From positions 14,108-46,370 of the forward strand of contig DAICZW010000002.1 in the NCBI GenBank assembly GCA_027310965.1: a DNA stretch of 32,263 nucleotides. Reading direction: 5' to 3'. This DNA comes from a bacterium (GTDB lineage Bacteria > Patescibacteriota > Minisyncoccia > UBA6257 > 2-01-FULL-56-20). The notes under the pieces were generated by a model that was not told the origin of the DNA, made no database searches, and saw only the letters and a program-made list of their open reading frames with translations. Both the position numbers and the translations under genes were made by a program. Position 1 is the stretch's first letter; every line of letters begins with the position of its first letter. Shown here one piece after another: positions 24,442 to 32,170 of the stretch.

Positions 24442-27400
24442 ATGCCGGCAAAGAAAGAAACCAGAAAAAGCGCAGCGAAAAAAACAACGAGGAAGACAAA
24501 GAACGCTCCGGCGCATCATGTCCCGAATTTCCTTGACGGGGAATTCGAGTTTCCGAAACTGGAAGAAAAAGTTTTGGCATTTTGGGACGAGCATAAAATT
24601 TTTGAGAAAAGCCTGGAAAAGAATTTATCAAAACGCACGTCCGCGGCGGCGAAGAAGAAATTCATTTTTTACGAAGGGCCGCCGTATGCGAACGGGAAGC
24701 CCGGTATTCATCACGTGCTTGCGCGCGTCGTGAAGGATGTTATTTTGCGCTACAAGACGATGCGCGGTTATTACGTGCCGCGGCGCGCGGGCTGGGACAC
24801 GCACGGCTTGCCGGTCGAGATGGCGGCGGAGAAAGCGCTGGGTTTCAAGTCGAAAAAAGAGATTGAACAATACGGCATCGAGGCGTTCAATAAAAAAGCG
24901 AAGGAGCAGGTGTGGCTTTATAAGGACGAATGGGAAAATATCACGCGGCGCATCGGCTATTGGCTGGACCTTAAAAATGCTTACGTTACCTACGAGCCGG
25001 AATATATAGAGAGCGTTTGGTGGACAATAGCACAGATCGCAAAGCGCAAATTATTGTACAAGGGGCACAAAGTGGTGCCGTGGTGCACGCGCTGCGGTAC
25101 GGCGCTTTCCTCGCATGAGCTTGCGCAAGGCTATAAGGAGGTGGAGGACAATGCGGCGTATGTGAAATTCAAATTGAAGTCCGGACAGAAAATCGGGCCT
25201 TTTATGGCGGATGATAAAACATATATTTTGTCATGGACGACGACGCCATGGACATTGCCGGGAAACGTGGCTTTGGCGGTGGGGAAAGACATTGAATATG
25301 TTGTGGCGGAAAAGATTGATTCCCGCGAAAAATATATTCTTGCGAAAGATATATTCATAAAGAGAACAAGAGATGACCAGGATAGTCGTATTACGGATCA
25401 GCGTTCCGGTTGGGATAAAAATGCAAATGAATTTTTAGGAATTTTTAATTTTCAAGAGATAAAAGGTTCCGATCTCGTTCGTTTGGAATACGAGCCGCTT
25501 TTTAAGGTTCCTTCGTTGAAGAATGAAAAATCTTATAAAATCTATCCCGCTGATTTCGTGACGACGACGGACGGCACGGGCGTCGTGCATATTGCGCCGA
25601 TGTACGGTGAGGATGACTACGCGCTTGGAAAAAAATTCGGGTTTCCGGAACGCCATACCGTAAGCGAAGAAGGAAAATTCACGAAGGACGTTCCGGAGCT
25701 TGAAGGCCGGTATGCGAAAGCAAAAGAAACGGAAGAAAAAATTTTCGACCACTTGAAAGCGCGCGGCAATTTTCTGAGTATTGAAAAATATGCGCATGAA
25801 TATCCGTATTGCTGGCGTTGCGGCACGGCGATTTTATATTACGCCAGAATATCGTGGTTTATCGGGATGAGCGGACTTCGGAAAGAACTTCTGGCGCGGA
25901 ATAAAAATATCAACTGGATGCCGGCGCACGTGAAAGAAGGCAGGTTCGGCGAATGGCTTCGCGAGGCAAAAGACTGGAATCTTTCACGCGAACGTTATTG
26001 GGGCACGCCGCTCCCGATCTGGGAATGTAAAAAGTGCGGGCATGCGTCGGTCGCGGGAAGTATGGATGAACTAAGCCGTCTTGCCGGCGGACCGAAAAAT
26101 AATTATTGGGTGATGCGGCATGGCGAGGCGGAAAATAATGCTTTTGATATCATCAATTCGAAAGGCGGCGCGTTTCATTTGACGCCGCGCGGAAAAAGAC
26201 AGGTTACGGCGGCGATAAAGAAATTGAAGACGTCGCTTGCGCGGGAACATAAGCATATCGACATTATTATCGCATCGGACGTGCTGCGGACGAAAGAGAC
26301 AGGAAATATAGCCGCGGAAATTTTTACGGGAGAAAAAATTCTTATCGACGCGCGGCTTGAAGAAATCCACTTAGGGCCGGCGTTTGACGGCTATCGCGAC
26401 GAGAAATATCACAAACAGTTCTCGACCTACGAATCGCGTTTTGAAAAACGGCCCGAAGGCGGTGAATCTTTGCGCGACGTGCGCCGCCGCGTGTGGGAAT
26501 TTTTGCGGGATTGCGAGAAAAAATATAAAGAAAAAAATATTCTCATCGTGAGCCATGAATATCCGATCTGGATGCTGTCGCACGCCGCGGAGGGGTGGAG
26601 CGAAAAACGCGCGATCACGGAAAAAGAAAAAATAGACGAAGAGGGGAAAGGCGGTGTATTTATAGATTTCGCCGAAATCCGGAAGCTTGACGTGAAAATT
26701 CTGCCGCGCAACGAAAGCGGCGAGGTTGATCTCCATCGGCCGTATGCCGACGAGATGACGGTGCCGTGCGTGAAATGCGGGGCGGATATGCGCCGCGTGC
26801 CGGAAGTGGCGGATGTGTGGTACGATTCCGGCGCTATGCCGTTTGCGCAGGCGCATTTTCCGTTCGCGTCCGTTCGAATCAAAAACGGAAAATCAAAAAC
26901 GGAGCATCGGGCAGGATTGGATTTCCCCGCCGATTATATCGCAGAGGGGATGGACCAGACGCGCGGATGGTTTTATACCATGCTTGCGATTGCGACCGCC
27001 ATGGATTATCCCGCGCCGTACAGGAATGTCGTTTCTCTCGGTCTTATCAATGACAAGTTCGGGCAGAAAATGTCCAAGTCGAAAGGAAATATCGTCAATC
27101 CATGGGATATGATGGAAAAATATGGCATTGACGCCGTGCGCTGGTATTTCTTTACGGCGGCGCCGCTCGGCGAACCGAAGGATTTTGACGAGCAGGAGAT
27201 TATGAAATCGTTCCGGAAAACGCACCTCATCGTTTACCATTCGTTTATTTTCTGGAAAACGTACGCGCGCAGGACGGCCGGCCAATCAAAGGCGGTAAAA
27301 AGCAAAAATCTTCTCGATCGATGGATTCTTGCGCGGCTTCATGAAACAATAAACGGCGTCGCGCAAAAACTCGAACGTTATGAGATCCGCGAAGCGGCGC

Positions 27401-28218
27401 TTGAGACGGGGATTTTGATCGACGATCTTTCGCGGTGGTATATCCGCCGCTCGCGGCGGCGTTTGCAGAAACCGGAAACTGCCGCCGATTATCAGGCAGC
27501 ATCCGCGACCCTGCACTATGTCCTTTTGGGGCTTGCGAAACTCATGGCACCGTTCACGCCGTTTTTCGCGGAGATGCTGTATGCGGGGCTTGGCGGAGAA
27601 AAAGAATCGGTGCATTTGGACGAATATCCTGCATCAGGCGATAAGCGACAGGAAATAAGCGGCAGAAAATTAACGGCGTCGATGCAGGCAGTGCGTGAGA
27701 CGGCGGCTTTAGGGCTTTCCGCGCGCGCCATGGCGGGAATAAAAGTGCGCCAGCCGCTGGCAAGGCTAAAAGTTAAAAGCGACATTCTTATGTCGTCCTC
27801 GCGAAGGCGAGGATCCACGCTTCAAAAAAGCGGGAAGTTAAAAATAGGGAAAGAATTTCTTGACATTCTTGCCGACGAGGTGAATGTGAAAGAAATCGTT
27901 TTCGATGCGAAGATAAAAGATGACGTCGAACTTGATACCGCGATCACGCCCGCGCTGCGCGAAGAGGGAATGATGCGCGAATTTATCCGGAAGGTGCAGG
28001 AATTGCGGCAGAAGGCGGCGCTGCAGCCGAAAGATATTATCGCCGTTGCGTTTGATGTTCCGCCGCCGGTGCGCGATGCGATCACGAAAAACGAGGCGTT
28101 CGTGAAAACCGAGATCGCCGCAAAAATGATAAATATCGGGCGATCTGATAAGATGAATGCGGAGGAAACAATCAAAATGGAAGGCGCGGAATCGTGGATC
28201 GGGATACGGAAGATATAA
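24442..28218 (+). CDS. ileS: isoleucine--tRNA ligase (type 2) with inserted histidine phosphatase domain
   Basis: EGPPYANG.PGIHH, GWDTHGLP, WTTTPWTL, SRERYWG, EGMDQTRGW, KMSKS, WYIRRSR; RHG domain at ~26095-26695. Confidence 0.97.
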   Translation: MPAKKETRKSAAKKTTRKTKNAPAHHVPNFLDGEFEFPKLEEKVLAFWDEHKIFEKSLEKNLSKRTSAAAKKKFIFYEGPPYANGKPGIHHVLARVVKDVILRYKTMRGYYVPRRAGWDTHGLPVEMAAEKALGFKSKKEIEQYGIEAFNKKAKEQVWLYKDEWENITRRIGYWLDLKNAYVTYEPEYIESVWWTIAQIAKRKLLYKGHKVVPWCTRCGTALSSHELAQGYKEVEDNAAYVKFKLKSGQKIGPFMADDKTYILSWTTTPWTLPGNVALAVGKDIEYVVAEKIDSREKYILAKDIFIKRTRDDQDSRITDQRSGWDKNANEFLGIFNFQEIKGSDLVRLEYEPLFKVPSLKNEKSYKIYPADFVTTTDGTGVVHIAPMYGEDDYALGKKFGFPERHTVSEEGKFTKDVPELEGRYAKAKETEEKIFDHLKARGNFLSIEKYAHEYPYCWRCGTAILYYARISWFIGMSGLRKELLARNKNINWMPAHVKEGRFGEWLREAKDWNLSRERYWGTPLPIWECKKCGHASVAGSMDELSRLAGGPKNNYWVMRHGEAENNAFDIINSKGGAFHLTPRGKRQVTAAIKKLKTSLAREHKHIDIIIASDVLRTKETGNIAAEIFTGEKILIDARLEEIHLGPAFDGYRDEKYHKQFSTYESRFEKRPEGGESLRDVRRRVWEFLRDCEKKYKEKNILIVSHEYPIWMLSHAAEGWSEKRAITEKEKIDEEGKGGVFIDFAEIRKLDVKILPRNESGEVDLHRPYADEMTVPCVKCGADMRRVPEVADVWYDSGAMPFAQAHFPFASVRIKNGKSKTEHRAGLDFPADYIAEGMDQTRGWFYTMLAIATAMDYPAPYRNVVSLGLINDKFGQKMSKSKGNIVNPWDMMEKYGIDAVRWYFFTAAPLGEPKDFDEQEIMKSFRKTHLIVYHSFIFWKTYARRTAGQSKAVKSKNLLDRWILARLHETINGVAQKLERYEIREAALETGILIDDLSRWYIRRSRRRLQKPETAADYQAASATLHYVLLGLAKLMAPFTPFFAEMLYAGLGGEKESVHLDEYPASGDKRQEISGRKLTASMQAVRETAALGLSARAMAGIKVRQPLARLKVKSDILMSSSRRRGSTLQKSGKLKIGKEFLDILADEVNVKEIVFDAKIKDDVELDTAITPALREEGMMREFIRKVQELRQKAALQPKDIIAVAFDVPPPVRDAITKNEAFVKTEIAAKMINIGRSDKMNAEETIKMEGAESWIGIRKI
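27791..27837 (+). repeat. family 1 unit inserted in frame in ileS
   Basis: TGTCGTCCTCGCGAAGGCGAGGATCCACGCTT..AAAAAGCGGGAAG, read as MSSSRRRGSTLQKSGK. Confidence 0.9.
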
Positions 28219-28250
28219 GATTATTTTTTTTCGCTGCATAAAAAACAATA

Positions 28251-29582
28251 ATGAAAAAAAAATCATCGCAATTCAAAAATATCATCGCGCGGCGCGAGTT
28301 CGTAACGGTATGGGTATCGCTTGCGCTCATTATCGCTGTATGCGCAATCGGCATATCGTTCCTGTCGCCGCTTTTCGCCTTGTTGGAAGCTGGATTTTTA
28401 TGCGTCGTTTTCATCCTCTTTTTTATGGGTGTGTATGCGTCGGCGCGAACCAATCAAATGACCGCGATCGAGCGGAATGAATTGCAAAGTGTCTTGAGCG
28501 GGCTTGAAGATGCGCTTGTCGTTTACGACAATCATTTTAACGCCACTTTTTTCAATCCTGCGGCGGAGCGGCTTTTCAAAATAAATGCGAAGGAGGTGAT
28601 AGGGCATACATTCACGCCGCAGGACGTGGAACGGGCGGGTTGGACGACGCTTACCCAGGTTATTTTTTCTTCGCTTGCGCCGCGTGTCGTGAGCCGATCC
28701 AAAGAAGGGGAATATCCCGAGGTGGTGGATCTTTCTTTTAGCGATCCCGCGATCGAACTGCGCGTTACGACGGCGCCGATCACCGAAGAGCGCGGCGCAA
28801 CGCTTGCATTTATGAAGATCATCCGTGATCGCACGGGGGAAATCGCGGCGTTGCGCGCCAATACCGAGTTCGTGACGGTAGCTTCGCATCAATTGCGCGG
28901 TCCGTTGACCAATATCAACTGGGCGTTCCAGTCGCTTGCGCAATCAACCGGACTGAATGATACGGACAAGGTTATGGTGGCAGGCGCCTCCGGTGCGGCG
29001 CGCGACCTTCTCCGCAGGATTGATGAGCTTTTGATTGTCGCGAAAATGGACGAAGGGCATGTGGGCTATAATTTCGAGGAAGCGAACATCGTTGATTTCA
29101 TAGGGAACATCCTGGGCGATGTGGTGCCGCAGGCGCGGATGGCGGGCATAAAAATATATTTTGACCGTCCTTCGGATGAGTTGCCGCGCGTTATGATCGA
29201 TCCGGCGCAGCTTTCCATCGCCGTCGTCAATATCATAGAGAATGCTATCCGCTATAACGTTGCGAACGGGGAAGTGATCGTAAAAGCGGAAAAGAAGGAT
29301 GATGCGCCTTTCATTGCGGTAAGCGTGCGGGATACCGGCATCGGCATTCCCGCCGAATCAATGGAAAAGGTTTTTACGAAATTTTTCCGCGCCGACAATG
29401 CCGTGAAATCGCAGACCGAAGGATCGGGACTCGGTCTTTATATCGCGAAAAGCATTGTCGCCGCGCATGGCGGCGCGATGACTGTCGCGTCGGAAGTGGA
29501 CCGCGGCACGATAGTCACGTTCACTATTCCCACCGATCCGGCGCTTGTCCCGAAGCGCGAAATCGGAGCGGAATATTTATAG
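28251..29582 (+). CDS. membrane PAS-domain sensor histidine kinase
   Basis: 2 TM, FNPAAE PAS, SHQLRGPL H-box, NAIRY, DTGIG, GSGLGL. Confidence 0.93.
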   Translation: MKKKSSQFKNIIARREFVTVWVSLALIIAVCAIGISFLSPLFALLEAGFLCVVFILFFMGVYASARTNQMTAIERNELQSVLSGLEDALVVYDNHFNATFFNPAAERLFKINAKEVIGHTFTPQDVERAGWTTLTQVIFSSLAPRVVSRSKEGEYPEVVDLSFSDPAIELRVTTAPITEERGATLAFMKIIRDRTGEIAALRANTEFVTVASHQLRGPLTNINWAFQSLAQSTGLNDTDKVMVAGASGAARDLLRRIDELLIVAKMDEGHVGYNFEEANIVDFIGNILGDVVPQARMAGIKIYFDRPSDELPRVMIDPAQLSIAVVNIIENAIRYNVANGEVIVKAEKKDDAPFIAVSVRDTGIGIPAESMEKVFTKFFRADNAVKSQTEGSGLGLYIAKSIVAAHGGAMTVASEVDRGTIVTFTIPTDPALVPKREIGAEYL

Positions 29583-29698
29583 CGTTCGCATCAAACAGTT
29601 TTTATCCGTTTGTTTTTTTCCGCGCGGATAAGTGACGGTTTTTGAGGCGGATTTTAAGAAGCCGACTTTGAATTTGAATCAGGAAGCCGCATCAGACA

Positions 29699-30205
29699 TT
29701 ATTTTTTCGTGATCTGCATGTTCATACCGCGTCCACCGAAGCGGGGTTCGGTGATGCGTTTGAAGTCAACCGGAATCATGGCGAGAAATTCATCAAGCTT
29801 CTGCCGCGCCCACGGCTGGTTATATTTTTCGCGCCCGCGGAGACGCATGGCGATTTCCACGTTGCGTCCTTCGTTGAGGAATTTTTCCGCCTGTTTCGCT
29901 TTCAGAAGCAGATCGTTCCGCGCCGCCCGCGCGCTGATCTGTACTTGTTTCGCCGCCGCGCCTTTCTGGGCAAGCCGTTCCTTTTTTTCGCGTTTTTCCT
30001 CCTCGTAGCGGTACTTGTCGTAGCTCATAATGCGTGCAACGGGCGGCACGGCATTCGCCGATATTTCGATGAGATCGATGCCTTCATCCGGTTTTGCGAG
30101 CAGGATCGCATCCTCGCGCTTCAAAACGCCGAGATTATTTCCTTTCTCGTCGATGACGCGCAGTTCGGGAGCGGTTATTTGGTTGTTGATCCTCGGCTTA
30201 GGTAT
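29699..30205 (-). CDS. infC: translation initiation factor IF-3, probable non-canonical ATA start
   Basis: RINNQITAPELRVIDEKG lies in frame upstream of the ORF-track TTG; PPVARIMSYDKY, LRGRE motifs; in-frame TAG a few codons upstream of ATA 30205. Confidence 0.92.
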   Translation of the reverse strand: MPKPRINNQITAPELRVIDEKGNNLGVLKREDAILLAKPDEGIDLIEISANAVPPVARIMSYDKYRYEEEKREKKERLAQKGAAAKQVQISARAARNDLLLKAKQAEKFLNEGRNVEIAMRLRGREKYNQPWARQKLDEFLAMIPVDFKRITEPRFGGRGMNMQITKK

Positions 30206-30250
30206 GGAAGTAAAATAAAAGTTACGCTATATCTATGGAAATATATGCTT

Positions 30251-30278
30251 ATTGTAAAGGAAAGTGAGCGGTTGTCAA
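30251..30278 (-). promoter_or_regulatory. sigma-70 promoter of infC
   Basis: TTGACA-16nt-TACAAT on minus strand. Confidence 0.7.
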
Positions 30279-30313
30279 AGAGATGAGAATTTTTATGGAC
30301 GTCGGATGCCTTG

Positions 30314-30353
30314 AAATACTTTTATCGGAACGATCATTCCGATAAAAGTATTT
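30314..30353. repeat. 40-bp palindrome homologous to 938-977
   Basis: AAATACTTTTATCGGAA-CGATCA-TTCCGATAAAAGTATTT (17-bp perfect arms). Confidence 0.88.
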
Positions 30354-30418
30354 GCGGAAAGAGAAAACGCTCCATGAATGAATATCAAAGATACTATGGT
30401 TATGCTATAATGAATTCC

Positions 30419-30994
30419 ATGGACGAGGATATCCAAAAACAAACGCCGGCCGCCGCAGGAACATACGAAAAGCTGGGCAGAAAAACGTTCTGGCTTTTTG
30501 TTTTTGAACGATCGCAGGCGGCGATGGCGCTTCTCGGAATCGCTGTTTTATTGTTCGTCTTACAGGGGATGCCTTTTCTTAAAGCGACGCCGTTCGGCGA
30601 CATGAGCCGTTATGCCGCGCTCGCCGCATGGGGCGCGCTCGGTCTGTGCGTTGTCATTTTCCTTTTCGCGCTTTTCATAAGCTGGCTCATTTATATAAAT
30701 TACGTGTTTTTGCTTGACGAGGATGCGCTGAAGATAAAGCGGGGAATTATTGCGCGCGAAGATCATGCCATTCCGTACCGGCAGATCCAGGACGTCGACA
30801 TCGAGCAGGATTTTTCTTTTCGGATGCTTGGTGTAAGCCGGCTCATTATTTTGACTGCAGGCCGCGAGGATGAAAAAGAGGCGAGTAACGAATCGGAAGG
30901 CATTTTGCCGGCGATTGATTCGGCGCTCGCGGAGCGGCTCCAGGCGGAACTGCTGCGGCGGGCGAATGTCGAAACAGTGAAGGAGGAAAAGTAA
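30419..30994 (+). CDS. membrane protein with bacterial PH (bPH_2, YdbS-like) domain
   Basis: 2 TM then LKIKRGII...IPYRQIQDVDIEQ...RMLG; TGcTATAAT 7 nt upstream of ATG 30419 supports this start. Confidence 0.85.
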   Translation: MDEDIQKQTPAAAGTYEKLGRKTFWLFVFERSQAAMALLGIAVLLFVLQGMPFLKATPFGDMSRYAALAAWGALGLCVVIFLFALFISWLIYINYVFLLDEDALKIKRGIIAREDHAIPYRQIQDVDIEQDFSFRMLGVSRLIILTAGREDEKEASNESEGILPAIDSALAERLQAELLRRANVETVKEEK

Positions 30995-31084
30995 AAGACG
31001 GAAAAATATCCCGCCATTTTTCTTTCATGCTTCGACGCTGCGAGTAATGAAATTCACGGGACATTTTTTTAAATTTCAAACAAG

Positions 31085-31153
31085 ATAGGACGTATGCGCT
31101 TGTGCCGGTTTGAGGCATTTTCTTATTATTTTTTTCAAATGCGCACGCCCTAC
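31085..31153 (-). repeat. family 2 element, uninterrupted copy
   Basis: Reverse complement GTAGGGCGTGCGCATTTGAAAAAAATAATAAGAAAATGCCTCAAACCGGCACAAGCGCATACGTCCTAT. Confidence 0.85.
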
Positions 31154-31190
31154 AAATAAAACCCCTGCCGTGAGCAGGGGTTTTATTTGT
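31152..31190. terminator. bidirectional intrinsic terminator
   Basis: ACAAATAAAACCCCTGC-CGTGA-GCAGGGGTTTTATTTGT between convergent genes. Confidence 0.85.
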
Positions 31191-31237
31191 TTCATTCGAT
31201 TCTTTTCTTTCTGCGTTGCGGCAAAAGATTTTTCGAC

Positions 31238-31453
31238 CTACTTCGCCTGGTCGCACTTGCAATGTCTCCCCGTCATCATCATGACCGCGATGATGATAAG
31301 AAGGATCGGCCATGTGACCTGCACGAAATAGCTTGTGAAAACGCCGAGTGCTCCCAGAAGGATATCGAGTCCTATGAGAAGCAAAAGCACGGGCTTTGCC
31401 ATATGGTGGCCACACTTGCATGTCTTGCCTTGCATATTCATTTTTTCTTCCAT
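31238..31453 (-). CDS. small 2-TM protein with CxCxHH and HCxC motifs
   Basis: 71 aa, CKCGHH before TM1, HCKC after TM2; TGgTATAAT at 31500-31508 upstream; terminator downstream. Confidence 0.75.
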   Translation of the reverse strand: MEEKMNMQGKTCKCGHHMAKPVLLLLIGLDILLGALGVFTSYFVQVTWPILLIIIAVMMMTGRHCKCDQAK

Positions 31454-31535
31454 GGTTATTTTGTACGGTTTTTCTCCGACCTTTGGCGCTTATGGATTCA
31501 TTATACCATTTTCATAGTCCATATTTCCATCCGTC

Positions 31536-31754
31536 GTGAAGGAAACTGGATTTTGGCAGGAAAGTACCGCAGAAACCATATGTGTCGGAGAAAATTATGC
31601 CTCTATGCGTGATTTTCTCCGAGATGTCGGGTCAAACCTGAAAATACAAAATTCTCTTTTCACTCTCGCGTTAAAAAATCCGTTTGATTATCTATACAAT
31701 TGGCGTACACAAAACCGCGGCGTAGCCGCGGCAGTTGTGGAAAATTCTGAACTG
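31536..31754 (+). pseudogene. possible C-terminal remnant of a serine recombinase/integrase reading into the tmRNA 3' end
   Basis: RDFLRDVGSNLKIQNSLFTLALKNPFDYL resembles, from memory, tails of tRNA-adjacent recombinases; frame continues antisense into tmRNA (WRRRESNSR). Confidence 0.4.
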
Positions 31755-32069
31755 TGGAGACGGAGAGAATCGAACTCTCGTCTAACGATGGTGCCGGTGG
31801 GCCGTCTACGGGCGTAGTTTGACCGAAGTCGAAACGAATGCGATTCAATGTTCTCGCGCGCGGCGTAGAATCATCATCCGCGCGCCAGCTTCCTTATATA
31901 AGACCGGTGATTGGTTCAAGAAGCCCGAACCAGCCGATCCCCGCATTACGCGTAAGCGAACGCGGGAGCTGCAACTTTGTTGTTGGCAGTTGTTGTTGGT
32001 GCAACGATTATGCCGTTGCCATCAGCCCGCAAACCCGCGGCGCATCGCTATCGAAGCCAGTGCGTCCCC
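31755..32069 (-). ncRNA. ssrA: tmRNA, 315 nt; tag (A)ANNKVAAPAFAYA* at 31987-31946
   Basis: 5' GGGGACG pairs with 3' CGTCTCC-A (G3:U70); T-arm GAGAG-TTCGATT-CTCTC; long helix 2; CAACT-GCC resume context; tag ends in a hairpin; CCA not encoded. Confidence 0.95.
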
Positions 32070-32170
32070 GTGGGAATATAGAATACATTAAAACTAAAAA
32101 AAAGCAACCATGACGGCTAACCCCTCACTGTCTATAACCAGCGCCGATTCCGTCGAAACATTTTCCATCA

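Noticed and set aside
26095-26695. IleRS insert as an intein or intron
   Set aside because: No intein N-terminal C/S block or C-terminal HN-C/S/T motif and no LAGLIDADG motif; the motifs are those of a histidine phosphatase.
31755-31790. tRNA-Ala gene
   Set aside because: The matching 5' acceptor strand is ~300 nt away with a tag ORF in between, so it is tmRNA.
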